A DNA stretch of 63,366 nt, filler included. It is 8 parts of 8 records of this genome, joined end to end, with 100 filler letters (N's around TTAATTAATTAA, not from the genome) between each part and the next. Parts side by side here need not be neighbours in the genome. Positions count along the whole stretch, not along the records: positions 1 to 8,780 come from SRR20825010_6129; positions 8,881 to 14,200 come from SRR20825010_6130; 6 more parts are not named here. One strand, 5' to 3'. Below are positions 1 through 12,271 of the stretch, one piece after another. Both the position numbers and the translations under genes were made by a program. Position 1 is the stretch's first letter; every line of letters begins with the position of its first letter. The notes beneath the pieces were generated by a model, which made no database searches, was not told where the DNA came from, and saw nothing but the letters and a program-made list of their open reading frames with translations.

Positions 1-1
1 G

Positions 2-1204
<1,203 letters not shown>

Positions 1205-1383
1205 TATTTGGTTTTGTGTTAACTGGTTACACTAGACCAAAACCAGACAGTCTATTAGACCTCTTCATTTAGCTGAATATGACCCCCTAGGGCTTTTGCC
1301 TTCTGAATATCTTTGGTATCCCCTAATGATACGCTGAAAAGGATTGATTTAGGTAGGCTGCAAGAAACTATAATGCATTCCAA

Positions 1384-4300
1384 ATGAGATTAAGAAAACC
1401 AATAATTTACATATCAGCTGGATTGATACTGCTTGTATTGACTGCACAGGTAGCTAATGACTTTTTCAATCGTCTGAAAAACGAACGAGTAGTTTCTGTA
1501 GACGATATTGTTTGGCAGCAAGTTGGCCCGGGAAATGCAGGGTTTGCCAATCTTTTGCGCTATCACCCTACAATACCCGGCAAAATCGCCACATGTCCGG
1601 ATATGTGGAATGCTTACCAATCTGATGATAATGGAAAAGTTTGGTATGGTATCACTGATTCAGATGGTGATGGAGACTTTATGCACCTTAGGGATTTATA
1701 TTATTCTCCTCAAAATCCTGAATTTGGTTTGGCTATTGGTTCATCTCAGCTTTTTCAGACAGCTGATACAGGCCGGACCTGGCAAACAGTATTCAACTGT
1801 CCGTGGTATAAGCCAGATGCCGATGGTGATGATCAGGAACGATGGAAGAAAAAAGTTGCTTCATTAGCCATTGACCCAAATAATAAAGACACATGGTTTG
1901 TGGGTGGGGGGTCTTTTGCGAGGGGACAAGAGTGGCTTTCATGTTACCAGACAGTTACAGCAGCCCAACCTCGAGGGATAGAGGCAGACAATCAGGGAAT
2001 GCTTTGGCGAACCACCTCTGCCGGAGCAAGTTGGCAATTGGCAAATTCGGGTTTAAATCCGAAAGCCCAGGTTGGGCGCATTGTAGTAAATCCAAAAAAC
2101 TCTAATCAGGTTTTTGCAGCGTCGAACTATGGGCTTTATCGTTCCGATGATGGTGGCTCATCATGGATTCAAATCTCTAACGGGAAGCTGGATAACGACA
2201 TTATAATGGACTTGGATTTCTATTACAATGCGGTCTCAGGTAAGTTTAGTATTTACGTAATTGATCAGGTACATTATGTGGCAAATGGCAGCACCACTAG
2301 CTGCACTGGTGGAATCTTTCGGTCGGATGATAATGGAGAGACATGGGTAAAAATGAATGGGGATCTGGGGCTGGATATCAATCGTTTAACCGGAAATACA
2401 CCAAACAATTACTATAAATATATCGCAATTTGGTTCGGTATTTCTGAGTCTTTGGCCAAATCCACCTATTCTGACTTACCAACTCATGCACTTCAATTCT
2501 TCAATATGTTGAGTGTTGATCCAAGCAGGGAAGGAGCGCTGTACATTGGTTTTGCCGATCCACAAGTGGCTAATTCTATCGTTCCAGGGCGTTTGTGGAC
2601 AACAAGCAACAATGGACAAAAATGGATCAATACGGCGCGGCTCTATGAGAATATTTGGGCGAATGATAAAGCCTACTGGGAAGAGCGTGGAAATCCATGG
2701 AACGAAAATATGGTCGTAGGTCACGAATCACCACATATGCAGTCAGGGAATAACTATGCCTTGCGTTCCATGCGTGGACTTGCTGTAGGAGTAGATGGAA
2801 GCGTTATGATTATATCAGATCACAGTACCATGCTCAGCACGGATTACGGAACAACCTGGAATCAGGTGGACGAGGACTACACCCCCGATGGAAACATCAT
2901 TGGTCATGGAAATAGCAATCTACCAGCCTTGACAATCGGACAGGACAAACGTCTTGACCACATGGTTTTGGGTTCTGGAGAACATCGTGTTTGGATTCCG
3001 ACTGATGATAGTCCGGATGATAGGCAGGCGATGAAGTTTATTGGTTCGGCACAGGAGACAGCCATTAGCCTGGCGTTTGATCCTTACGACAGTAAGACAG
3101 TTTATTCCACCTCTAGCAGACAAGCGAACAAACAGAATATTTTCCGAAGTGTAGATGCTGGATACAATTGGGAAAACTGGGGAGTAGCCACACCTGCCAC
3201 CAATGCATGGTTGGATGATTTCTATACCAATGCATTAACCATCGACCCCATTGACCCTAAATACATGTATCATGGAATCACTCGAATCGTAGATGTTTCT
3301 AAAAAGGAGGATGGTGGATTCTTTGTTTCAAGTGATGGCGGGAAAACCTTCCGACAAAGCAATAACGGATTACCAACTCCGGTGAGGGTGAGTGATATTG
3401 CTTTTGACCTGCGAGACAGTACCCGAGCCTCATTGTTTGTTGCAGCGGAAAAGAATTCGTTCAATCAGGAATCCCCACTGGCAGCTGGTGGATTGTATCA
3501 TTCTGACAACAGAGGTGCGAACTGGGTAAAGGTAAATACACCTGCCGCGGTTCAGGGAGTCAACTTCATTGCCTTAGACCATAGCAATCGTATGTACATT
3601 ACCACCGGCTATCGTGGGGGAGGCGCAGGGGTTTGGTATACCGACGATTTTGGTGATAACTGGGTTCAGGTTTTTGAATATGCAGGCACCACTTGTATCG
3701 ATGTTTCTCCCTTTGATTATAACCTTCTGGTGGTAACAGTAGATTACCTGGAAAAGAATCCGGGAATTTATGTGAGTAGAGACAGGGGGGCAACATGGGG
3801 TAAGAACAATATCGGGATTGTGACTCCACATAGAATAGAGGATATTGCATTCAATATTCACAAGCCGGGAGAAATCTGGGCGGCAAATCTTGGGACAGGT
3901 TTTTACAAAGGGAAAATCAAGGATGGTGAAAAAGTACAAGTGATAGATCTGGGGCAAAATAGTTTAGAATATAGACCAGGTGCAGATCTTCAACTCACAG
4001 CAAAAATTGTAAATACTGATTATGCCAATGAAACAATAAGTTGGAAGTCAGAAAACCCAGCAATTGTAAAAGTGGACAACAATGGACTACTCACGCCCTC
4101 TGGAACAGGAAATACGAAGGTGTGGGCGACTACTGGAAACGGTAGATTTTCTGATTACTGTGTGGTTGTAATACATGAATTGGATATAGAAGAGGAAGAG
4201 GAAGAAAAAGAAATTGTTACTGCAATAGATAAAGAGATGGTTGACCAAATATTCATTTATCCACTTCCGACACGGGAAATTTTTTCTATTGAGGGAATAT

Positions 4301-4461
4301 CAGAGGATGTATTGGTGAGAATCTTTACCTTGAGTGGTGAGGAGGTTTTGCGCACACACCATCATCAGCAAATTGATATTTCGCACCTGTTGTCTGGTTT
4401 TTATCTAGTTCGGATTACCCGGGGGCACAGCGAAAAATCGTTAAAGTTGCTAAAATTTTAA
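1384..4461 (+). CDS. Secreted BNR/Asp-box (VPS10/GH74-like) beta-propeller protein with Ig-like domain and T9SS C-terminal sorting domain
   Basis: N-terminal signal-like segment and about 12 Asp-boxes (e.g. YQSDDNGKVW, YRSDDGGSSW, FRSDDNGETW, WYTDDFGDNW). Big_2-like WKSENPAIVKVDNNGLLT, acidic linker, then a CTD (IYPLPT...IDISHLLSGFYLVRI...KLLKF). Confidence 0.85.
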   Translation: MRLRKPIIYISAGLILLVLTAQVANDFFNRLKNERVVSVDDIVWQQVGPGNAGFANLLRYHPTIPGKIATCPDMWNAYQSDDNGKVWYGITDSDGDGDFMHLRDLYYSPQNPEFGLAIGSSQLFQTADTGRTWQTVFNCPWYKPDADGDDQERWKKKVASLAIDPNNKDTWFVGGGSFARGQEWLSCYQTVTAAQPRGIEADNQGMLWRTTSAGASWQLANSGLNPKAQVGRIVVNPKNSNQVFAASNYGLYRSDDGGSSWIQISNGKLDNDIIMDLDFYYNAVSGKFSIYVIDQVHYVANGSTTSCTGGIFRSDDNGETWVKMNGDLGLDINRLTGNTPNNYYKYIAIWFGISESLAKSTYSDLPTHALQFFNMLSVDPSREGALYIGFADPQVANSIVPGRLWTTSNNGQKWINTARLYENIWANDKAYWEERGNPWNENMVVGHESPHMQSGNNYALRSMRGLAVGVDGSVMIISDHSTMLSTDYGTTWNQVDEDYTPDGNIIGHGNSNLPALTIGQDKRLDHMVLGSGEHRVWIPTDDSPDDRQAMKFIGSAQETAISLAFDPYDSKTVYSTSSRQANKQNIFRSVDAGYNWENWGVATPATNAWLDDFYTNALTIDPIDPKYMYHGITRIVDVSKKEDGGFFVSSDGGKTFRQSNNGLPTPVRVSDIAFDLRDSTRASLFVAAEKNSFNQESPLAAGGLYHSDNRGANWVKVNTPAAVQGVNFIALDHSNRMYITTGYRGGGAGVWYTDDFGDNWVQVFEYAGTTCIDVSPFDYNLLVVTVDYLEKNPGIYVSRDRGATWGKNNIGIVTPHRIEDIAFNIHKPGEIWAANLGTGFYKGKIKDGEKVQVIDLGQNSLEYRPGADLQLTAKIVNTDYANETISWKSENPAIVKVDNNGLLTPSGTGNTKVWATTGNGRFSDYCVVVIHELDIEEEEEEKEIVTAIDKEMVDQIFIYPLPTREIFSIEGISEDVLVRIFTLSGEEVLRTHHHQQIDISHLLSGFYLVRITRGHSEKSLKLLKF

Positions 4462-4494
4462 ACTTTTTATTCAAAGTTGATAAATACAAAAGCA

Positions 4495-5697
4495 ATGAGG
4501 GTTGGGGTTTTATTAATAGTAACTATTGTATCCACATCAAATCTGTTTGCCCAGCGCGACTGGGATCAGGTTCCTGTACCTGCAGAACCAAATAATTCAG
4601 AGATAACCTGGGAGCTTGTAGAGGCACTTTCTGATGATTTTAATTACGAATCACCTTCGCCACAAGATATGGGTGAGGCATTTTATGCGAAATGGAAAGA
4701 TAGTTTTATCAACAACTGGACCGGTCCCGCAAACACGTATTGGACACCCGATGCTTCCAAAGTGACAAACGGAAATCTGGAAATCACAGCTTCACGAAGA
4801 ACAGGAACACAGGTGAACTTTCAATCCATATCGGCCAAGACCAAAATCAAGTACCCCGCTTATATCGAGACCCGTATGAAGATAATGAATTCGGTGATGG
4901 CCAATGCGGTGTGGTTGCTAAATGATAAAAGCACAGAGGAAATTGACATTGTAGAAGGCTATGGAGCCACCTATGCCAATAGCAATGGTACGTCGAGAGA
5001 TTGGTTTGCAAAACGTATGCATCTGAGTCACCACACATTCATTCGAGACCCTTTTCAGGATTATCAGCCCAAAGATGCCGGAAGCTGGCATTTTGATGGT
5101 ACCTATTGGAAAGACAGCTTCAGGATCATAGGTGTCTATTGGCGCGACCCTTTTCATTTGGAATACTACATCGATGGAAAATTGGTAAGAACCGTATCAG
5201 GTGCCAGTATGATCGATCCAAACGAGTATTTGGGTGGCAATGGGCTATCGGAAGAAGAGACGTTGATTATTTCGGGTGCATCTCAGGGATGGCAGGTGAA
5301 CGATGGCGTCTGGCCTACGGATGCCGAATTGGCTGTAGGGGCAGATAATGTGTTTAAGGTGGACTGGATACGCACCTACCAGCGTGTAGAGGTTGTTATA
5401 CCTGTCGATACGGTTGATACCGATACGGTTTCAAATGTATTGGCCATTCCAATTCAAACAGGAGCGAGCACGCTCATGTTTTCGAATCCCCTGGGTGATC
5501 TTATAACCGTCAAAAAGGGCGCTGATGTTGAAAAAATTGATTTCTTTAATCTGAGTGGTCGGCTGATCAAATCATTTCCAAAACAGTCCTTAATGGAGGG
5601 CAAACTTTCCACTCGTGAACTGCCAAAAGGCATTTATCTGATGCGTGCAACAAATGAAAAAGGGAGTATAGCATCTTACAGTGTTATTAAACAATAA
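4495..5697 (+). CDS. GH16 beta-agarase with T9SS C-terminal domain
   Basis: Catalytic EIDIVE motif and agarase-typical segments SDDFNY, MANAVWLL, MHLSHHTFIRDPFQDYQPKD, GVYWRDPFHLEYYIDG, VDWIRTY. Signal peptide and CTD present. ATG 4495 preferred to TTG 4477. Confidence 0.9.
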   Translation: MRVGVLLIVTIVSTSNLFAQRDWDQVPVPAEPNNSEITWELVEALSDDFNYESPSPQDMGEAFYAKWKDSFINNWTGPANTYWTPDASKVTNGNLEITASRRTGTQVNFQSISAKTKIKYPAYIETRMKIMNSVMANAVWLLNDKSTEEIDIVEGYGATYANSNGTSRDWFAKRMHLSHHTFIRDPFQDYQPKDAGSWHFDGTYWKDSFRIIGVYWRDPFHLEYYIDGKLVRTVSGASMIDPNEYLGGNGLSEEETLIISGASQGWQVNDGVWPTDAELAVGADNVFKVDWIRTYQRVEVVIPVDTVDTDTVSNVLAIPIQTGASTLMFSNPLGDLITVKKGADVEKIDFFNLSGRLIKSFPKQSLMEGKLSTRELPKGIYLMRATNEKGSIASYSVIKQ

Positions 5698-5709
5698 AGC
5701 AAATTGACT

Positions 5710-7125
5710 ATGTCATCCAGAAAATCATCCTCCAAAATAGCTTTTGTGTTTTATATGAGCATCTGTTTATCCCTCCTGATGGTCGCGCCAGCAGCCGCTC
5801 AGAAAAACATCGTTTTTCTTTTTGTGGATGATGCCGGTTATCATGATTTTGGTTTTCAGGGGAGTACGACCTTTAAAACCCCCAACCTGGACAAACTCGC
5901 TCAGGAAGGAATGGTTTTCAAACAGGCATATACCACGGCTGCAGTTTGTGGGCCCTCCCGGGCCGGTTTGCTTACGGGCATATACCAACAACGATTTGGT
6001 TTTGAGGAAAACAATGTGCCGGGATATATGAGCGAATCTTCAAAACTCATGGGTGATGAAATGGGGCTTCCACTACATCTAAAAACAATCGCCGATCACT
6101 TAAATCCGCTTGGCTACAAATCCATCATATTGGGCAAGTGGCACATGGGAAACGCGGATAAATACCATCCGTTGAAGCGTGGGTTCGATGAGTTTTACGG
6201 ATTCAGGGGAGGGGCACGAAGTTTTTGGCCACTTACTTTGGCAGAAGCTACAAGCAGGCCTGAGGATAGGTTGGAGCAAGGTTTTGCGAACTATAAAGAA
6301 CCAGATGACTACCTGACGGACGATCTGGCCAGGGAAGCCTGCAGTTTTATTGATAGAAACACGGAAACGCCATTTTTCATGTACCTGTCATTTAATGCGG
6401 TGCATTCTCCACTGCACGCAACAGAGGAGGATTTGGCAATGGTAGAGGGTTTAACCGGAAATCGCAAAATCCTGGCGGCCATGACAATTGCGCTCGACAG
6501 AGCTTGTGGGATGGTACTGGATAAATTGAAAGAACAAGGTTTGGAAGAAAATACCCTCATCGTATTTTCCAATGACAATGGTGGTCCGGATGGGACAATG
6601 ACCTGCAATTATCCATTGAGTGGATGCAAATCAAATAACCTGGAAGGCGGAATAAGAGTACCAATGATCATGAAACTACCTGGGGTTATAGATGCAGGTT
6701 CTACTTACGACAAACCAGTGAGTATGCTCGATATGCTTCCGACTTTTGTCAATTCAGCAGGAGGAGATGCAGCTAAAATTGACGGTCTTGATGGTGTGGA
6801 CCTTCTGCCTTATATCACGGGACAAAATCAAGGAAGGCCACATGATATCCTCTATTGGAAAAAAGAAAACAGAGGTATTGTGAGACAAGGGGACTGGAAG
6901 ATGTTGCGTTTTCCTGACCGACCAGCAGAGCTGTACAATATAGCAAAAGACGAAGGCGAACTAAATAATCTCGCTTATGAATACCCTGATAAAGTACGTG
7001 AAATGTTTAAGGTTTTATGGTCATGGGAAGGCGAATTGGAGCGACCCTTATTCATGCTCCGAAGAGAATACGAAGTGAACGCCATGAAACGCATGGACGA
7101 AAAACGCACGCCGGTTTTGGATTAA
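5710..7125 (+). CDS. S1 sulfatase (Cys-type), periplasmic
   Basis: FVDDAG metal site, CGPSRAGLLTG (CxPxR), GKWHMG, SFNAVHSP, SNDNGG, EGGIRVP; signal peptide. Exact start uncertain (5704/5710/later ATG). Confidence 0.93.
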   Translation: MSSRKSSSKIAFVFYMSICLSLLMVAPAAAQKNIVFLFVDDAGYHDFGFQGSTTFKTPNLDKLAQEGMVFKQAYTTAAVCGPSRAGLLTGIYQQRFGFEENNVPGYMSESSKLMGDEMGLPLHLKTIADHLNPLGYKSIILGKWHMGNADKYHPLKRGFDEFYGFRGGARSFWPLTLAEATSRPEDRLEQGFANYKEPDDYLTDDLAREACSFIDRNTETPFFMYLSFNAVHSPLHATEEDLAMVEGLTGNRKILAAMTIALDRACGMVLDKLKEQGLEENTLIVFSNDNGGPDGTMTCNYPLSGCKSNNLEGGIRVPMIMKLPGVIDAGSTYDKPVSMLDMLPTFVNSAGGDAAKIDGLDGVDLLPYITGQNQGRPHDILYWKKENRGIVRQGDWKMLRFPDRPAELYNIAKDEGELNNLAYEYPDKVREMFKVLWSWEGELERPLFMLRREYEVNAMKRMDEKRTPVLD

Positions 7126-7129
7126 AGAT

Positions 7130-8780
7130 ATGGACGCTAGTAGATTCTTAATTTGTGTAACCAGTATTGGCATACTACTATTTTGCAACGGCCTAAACGC
7201 TCAGGAAATAGACTTTTCTTTTCGTGATGCCAGCCTCTCGATCGAAGATCGTGCGGAGATACTTGTATCGCAAATGACAACAGCCGAAAAAGTGGGGCAG
7301 TTGGTGAATGATGCCCCCGCCATTCCCAGATTGCAAATACCCGAGTATGAATGGTGGAATGAAGCATTGCATGGGATCGCCAGAAATGGCAAGGCTACAG
7401 TCTTTCCGCAGGCGATCGGTCTGGCAGCCACATTCGATCCTGAATTGGCCTATCAAGTTGCCTCAGCCATTTCAACAGAAGCGAGGGCCAAATACATTGT
7501 TTCGCAGGAAGCAGGTAACCGGGGTAGGTATGCAGGCCTTACTTTCTGGACGCCCAATGTCAACATTTTCAGAGACCCGCGCTGGGGTAGAGGACAAGAA
7601 ACTTATGGCGAAGACCCTTTTCTTACTTCAAAAATGGGTGTTGCATTTGTAAATGGACTACAGGGGGATGACCCTGAGTACCTGAAATCTGCGGCATGTG
7701 CTAAACATTTTGCTGTACACTCCGGGCCGGAAGCCAGTCGTATGGAATTCAATGCTGTACCCTCAAAACAGGATTTATATGAAACCTATTTGCCCGCTTT
7801 TGAATCACTGATTACCGGGGCGAAAGTAGAAGGAGTAATGGGCGCATATAATGCCGTTTATGGAGATCCGGCATGTGCCAGCCCTTTCCTGTTGCAGGAA
7901 ATTCTTCGGGATAAATGGAAATTTGACGGGTATGTTGTTTCGGATTGTGGTGCCATTGGCAGAATAGCAACGGAGCATAAGTATGTAGAAACCGGGGTGG
8001 AAGCAGCGGCCAAAGCACTTGAAGCAGGTGTTGAATTGAACTGTGGGGGCACCTACGGGCTGCTGCAAAAAGCACTTAACGAGGGGCTGATTACAGAGGA
8101 TCTTATTCACGAGCGTACGAAACAACTCTTCAAGACACGTTTCAGGCTGGGGATGTTCGATGAGGAGAAAACGCATCCCTATACGAAGCTTGGCGTAGAA
8201 AATATTCACAGTGATGCTCATGTAGCACTTGCCCGCGAAACGGCCCGAAAGTCGATTGTGCTATTGAAAAACAAAGACAATGTCCTGCCGCTTTCAAAGG
8301 ATATCAAGGTCCCTTACGTTACAGGCCCATTTGCAAATTCTGCGGATATGTTAATGGGAAACTATTATGGTATCAGCCCCAATCTGGTCACTGTGCTGGA
8401 AGGAATAGCCGATGCAGTTTCATTGAGTTCGTCGTTGAATTACCGAAGTGGCGTATTGCCCTTTCATGACAATCTGAACTCCCTGAATTACGCACCGGTT
8501 GTTGCAGGATTATCGGATGCCACTATCTGCGTTGTAGGACTTACAGCTGATAGGGAGGGGGAGCAGGTCGATGCGATTGCTGCCGAACATCACGGGGATA
8601 AACTCGATTTACAACTACCCAAAAGTCAGCGGGAATATGTGAAACAGATCATTGAGAAGAAAAAAGGACCTTTGATTTTGGTAATAGCCAGTGGTAGCGC
8701 CGTGTCATTGGAGGGTATTGAAGAATATTGTGATGCCATTCTTCAGATCTGGTATCCTGGAGAGCAGGGTGGCCATGCAG
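7130..8780 (+). CDS. GH3 beta-glycosidase (beta-xylosidase-like), 3'-truncated by contig end
   Basis: WWNEALHG, FPQAIG, WTPNVNIFRDPRWGRGQETYGEDP, KHFAVH, nucleophile region VSDCGAI, WYPGEQGG. Confidence 0.92.
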
Positions 8781-8880
8781 NNNNNNNNNNNNNNNNNNNN
8801 NNNNNNNNNNNNNNNNNNNNNNNNTTAATTAATTAANNNNNNNNNNNNNNNNNNNNNNNNNNNNNNNNNNNNNNNNNNNN
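8781..8880. other. Artificial contig spacer
   Basis: N44-TTAATTAATTAA-N44; the central 12-mer supplies stop codons in all six frames. Confidence 0.99.
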
Positions 8881-9006
8881 AGGACAATTGGGAAATTCCT
8901 TCAAGGCGGGATGCGTCAGCATCTTCGCCTTGGTGTCAGATACGACTTACCGCTCTCTTACATGGGTTGCAGGGCCGGAACAATCGCTGTTTGTGACCAG
9001 GCTGTT

Positions 9007-9804
9007 TTAGCCCTGCCGCTGTGCGGCGGACTGCAGGAACTCGACCTCGCGGCCCGGCCGGATGATGGCGGCGGTCAGCCTGCCATTGGCATAGGCGCCG
9101 GTATCGATCGAGATCACGCCGTTTGCCATGATCGGCATGTCGACGATGGTGTGGCCATGAACGATCCAGAGGCCGTCGCTGCGGGGCCGTTCCCCGAAGG
9201 CCGGGTGGCCCCAGGTCAGGTTGCCGGGGCGTTGGTCTTCCAAGGGTTTGCGCGGATCGGCTCCGGCATGAACCACGGCAACATTGCCGCTTCTCCAGAG
9301 TATCGGCATCGCCTCCAGAAAGCCGGACATGTCCGCGCCGAACTGCTGGACCAGGCCGTCGCGAATACGCAGAAAATTGCGCTGTTTCAGTGCGTCGCCG
9401 AGCGAGAGTTCCCTGAAGCTTTCAAGCGTCTGCAGCCCGCCATAGCGCAGCCAGCGCTCGCCTTTTTCCTCCGGTTCCCTGAGGAAATCGAGAAGCATTT
9501 CCTCGTGATTGCCCTTGAGGCAGACGATATCGTGATCACGCGTCTGGCGCTCGTGAAGCAGTCTCAGGACGCCTGCGGAATCCTCGCCCCGGTCGACATA
9601 GTCGCCGACATGGACGATCGTCATGCCGGGAGCCGCTGCGGCAACCTTGTCCCACAGGGCCGTGAGCGCTTCCGCGCAGCCGTGGATATCGCCAATCGCC
9701 ACAAAGCCCTCGTCCGGGCTCGGCAGGCCGCCGCGAAATGGCCGCACGGGTTCCGCCCGGTCTTGCTGTGCGGGACGGGTGAAGAGGCGTTTTATTGATT
9801 TCAT
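9007..9804 (-). CDS. PPP-family metallophosphoesterase (PrpA/PrpB-like Ser/Thr phosphatase)
   Basis: GDIHG, GDYVDRG, KGNHE, VHAG, VHGHT and IDTGA motifs. Confidence 0.9.
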   Translation of the reverse strand: MKSIKRLFTRPAQQDRAEPVRPFRGGLPSPDEGFVAIGDIHGCAEALTALWDKVAAAAPGMTIVHVGDYVDRGEDSAGVLRLLHERQTRDHDIVCLKGNHEEMLLDFLREPEEKGERWLRYGGLQTLESFRELSLGDALKQRNFLRIRDGLVQQFGADMSGFLEAMPILWRSGNVAVVHAGADPRKPLEDQRPGNLTWGHPAFGERPRSDGLWIVHGHTIVDMPIMANGVISIDTGAYANGRLTAAIIRPGREVEFLQSAAQRQG

Positions 9805-9908
9805 GGTCGGGACGTCTCCTGCGCAAGCCGAACGTCATGATCGCGGGCAAGCGGCGAATATGTGCACACGCTAACAGAGAGCGAGGCCGTCGCGCAAGAA
9901 AGGCTTCT

Positions 9909-10014
9909 TTTGAGGGGGGCGCATTTCCATGAAGCGCGAACCTCCTCAAATCGCTTGTTTTTGCCGCATTTTCGCGGAGGGCAGGTGATTCCACCTGACT
10001 GCGAAATGCTCCAG
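9909..10014 (-). repeat. ~106-nt two-hairpin palindromic intergenic element (RIME/Bru-RS-like)
   Basis: Minus strand reads CTGGAGCATTTCGCAGTCAGGTGGAATCACCTG...GCGAAAATGC, then an AAAAACAA spacer, then a second hairpin TTTGAGG...CCTCAAA. This layout resembles Rhizobiales intergenic palindromes. Confidence 0.6.
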
Positions 10015-10040
10015 ACCTGCCCGCGCCGGGGACGATATCG

Positions 10041-10736
10041 CTATTCCGGCTGTCCGTAATAGGCGGTCGCGCCGTGCTTGCGCAGGAAATGCTTGTCGCG
10101 CAATGCCCGTTCGATCGGCTGCAGGCCGGGATCGAGGCTCAGCGACAACAGCGCCATTTCGGCGATGCATTCCACCGCCACGGCGACCTCGACGGCCTTG
10201 GCGACCGTCTTGCCCCAGGTGAACGGCGCGTGGCGGTTGACGAGCACGGCCGGGAAATCAAGCGGGTTCATGTCTTTGAAGCGTTCGACGATCACATTGC
10301 CGGTCTCCCATTCATACGCGGATGCAATCTCCTCAGGCGTCATCTTGCGGGTGACGGGTATCTCGCCGTGGAAATAATCGGCATGGGTGGTGCCGAAATC
10401 GGGGATGGCGCGGCCGGCCTGGGCAAAGGCGGTGGCCCGTGTCGAATGGGTGTGCACCACGCCGCCGATCTCTTCAAACGCCAGAAACAGGCAGCGATGG
10501 GTGGGGGTATCGGAGGAGGGGCGCAGATTGCCCTCCACGATATTCCCTTCGAAATCCACGATCACCATGTTGTCGGGCGTGAGGTCGCCATAGTCGACCC
10601 CGCTCGGCTTGATTGCAAACACGCCCTTGTCGCGGTCGCAAGCACTGGCATTGCCGAAGGTCAGGTTGATCAGCCCCTGTTTCGGCAGGGCGATATTGGC
10701 CTCATATGCCTCGCGCCGGATTTCGGTATACATCAT
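10041..10736 (-). CDS. araD: L-ribulose-5-phosphate 4-epimerase
   Basis: TFGNAS, AIKPSGVDY, PSSDTPTH, VHTHS, GTTHADYFHGEIP, KHFLRKHG..AYYGQ; GGAG RBS upstream. Confidence 0.96.
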   Translation of the reverse strand: MMYTEIRREAYEANIALPKQGLINLTFGNASACDRDKGVFAIKPSGVDYGDLTPDNMVIVDFEGNIVEGNLRPSSDTPTHRCLFLAFEEIGGVVHTHSTRATAFAQAGRAIPDFGTTHADYFHGEIPVTRKMTPEEIASAYEWETGNVIVERFKDMNPLDFPAVLVNRHAPFTWGKTVAKAVEVAVAVECIAEMALLSLSLDPGLQPIERALRDKHFLRKHGATAYYGQPE

Positions 10737-10744
10737 GCTCTCCT

Positions 10745-12253
10745 TCAGGCCTTGATGCCGAGGCCGAGATGCCAGTAGATCTCGTTGTTGCGCAGATCCT
10801 GCCTGAACCGGTCGAGACGGGTGTCGTCATTGATCACAGCCATCTCAATGCCGGCCATGGTGGCGAAATCCTCCAGCATTTCGGTGGTCACGTCGTTCGA
10901 ATAGGCCGTGTGATGGGCGCCGCCGGCCAGAATCCAGGCGGCAAGCGCGGTCTTGAAGTCCGGCTTGCATTCCCACACGGCGCGGGCGACGGGGAGCTTC
11001 GGCAGGTCGGGGTGCTCCACCGAGGTCACCTCGTTGACCAGCAGGCGGAAGCGGTTGCCCATGTCCATCAGGCTGGCGTTCAGCGCCGCGCCGAGCTTTG
11101 CGTTGAAGACCATGCGCACCGGATCGGCCTTGCCGCCGATGCCGAGCGGGTGGATCTCGATATTGGGCTTGCCGTCGGCGATCGACGGGCAGATTTCCAG
11201 CATGTGGGAACCCAGCACCTGCTCGTGGCCGGGGGCCATGTGGTAGGTGTAGTCCTCCATGAACGAGGTCGCCCCGCTCATGCCGTGGCCCATCACCTTC
11301 AGCGCGCGCACCAGCGCCACCGTCTTCCAGTCGCCTTCGCCGGCGAAACCGTAGCCGGCGCCCATCATCCGCTGGGTCGCCATGCCCGGCAGCGTCTCCA
11401 TGCCGTGCAGGTCCTCGAACGTGTCGGTGAAGCCCTTGAAACCGCCGGCCTCCAGGAAGGTCTTGAGGCCGAGTTCCTGGCGCGCCGCGTTCAGCAGGCT
11501 GTCATGTCGGTCGCCGCCCTTTTTCAGCGCGTCGACGACATTGTATTCGTTCTCATAGCTTGCCGCGAGATCGGCGACATCGCCGTCGGAGAGCGTCGCC
11601 ATCACATCGACGAGGTCCATGATGCCATAGCCGTTGACGGAGAAGCCGAGCTTCATTTCGGCGGCCACCTTGTCACCCTCGGTGACGGCAACCTCGCGCA
11701 TATTGTCGCCGAAGCGGCAGAAGCGGGCGCCCTGCCAGTCATCCCAGGCGCGGGCCGCGCGCATCCAGGCGTCGATCCGGGCATGCACTTCCGGGTCGCT
11801 CCAGTGGCCGGCGACGACCTTGCGGCCAAGCCGCATACGGGTGTGGATGAAGCCCGCCTCGCGGTCGCCATGGGCGGCCTGGTTCAGGTTCATGTAGTCC
11901 ATGTCGATCGTATCCCACGGCAGTTCGCGGGCATATTGGGTATGGAGATGCAGAAACGGCTTGTTGAGCTGCGATAGCCCGCGGATCCACATTTTCGACG
12001 GGGAGAAGGTGTGCATCCACAGGATCAGCCCGCCGCATTCGGGATCGGAATTGGCGCGGATCATCAGTTCGGTCGCCTCGGCCGGGCTCTTGACCACCGG
12101 CTGCGGCACGATCTCGAGCGGCAGATTGCCGTCCTTCGACAGCGCGTCGGCGATCGCGGTGAACTGCGCGTCGACTTCCGCCAGCGTCTCGGGGCCGTAG
12201 AGATGCTGCGAGCCGCAGACAAACCAGATCTTCAGGGGTTTCAGGCCAATCAT
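10745..12253 (-). CDS. araA: L-arabinose isomerase
   Basis: [75 protein letters not shown]. Start placed at ATG 12253 (GGAGG RBS) rather than 12319. Confidence 0.97.
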   Translation of the reverse strand: MIGLKPLKIWFVCGSQHLYGPETLAEVDAQFTAIADALSKDGNLPLEIVPQPVVKSPAEATELMIRANSDPECGGLILWMHTFSPSKMWIRGLSQLNKPFLHLHTQYARELPWDTIDMDYMNLNQAAHGDREAGFIHTRMRLGRKVVAGHWSDPEVHARIDAWMRAARAWDDWQGARFCRFGDNMREVAVTEGDKVAAEMKLGFSVNGYGIMDLVDVMATLSDGDVADLAASYENEYNVVDALKKGGDRHDSLLNAARQELGLKTFLEAGGFKGFTDTFEDLHGMETLPGMATQRMMGAGYGFAGEGDWKTVALVRALKVMGHGMSGATSFMEDYTYHMAPGHEQVLGSHMLEICPSIADGKPNIEIHPLGIGGKADPVRMVFNAKLGAALNASLMDMGNRFRLLVNEVTSVEHPDLPKLPVARAVWECKPDFKTALAAWILAGGAHHTAYSNDVTTEMLEDFATMAGIEMAVINDDTRLDRFRQDLRNNEIYWHLGLGIKA

Positions 12254-12271
12254 GGGTATCCTCCGGAAAAT

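Noticed and set aside
1205-1383. Imperfect hairpin after the first sulfatase (TTGGT...ACCAA)
   Set aside because: Weak AT-rich stem with bulges and no clear U-tract; not enough to call a terminator or ncRNA.
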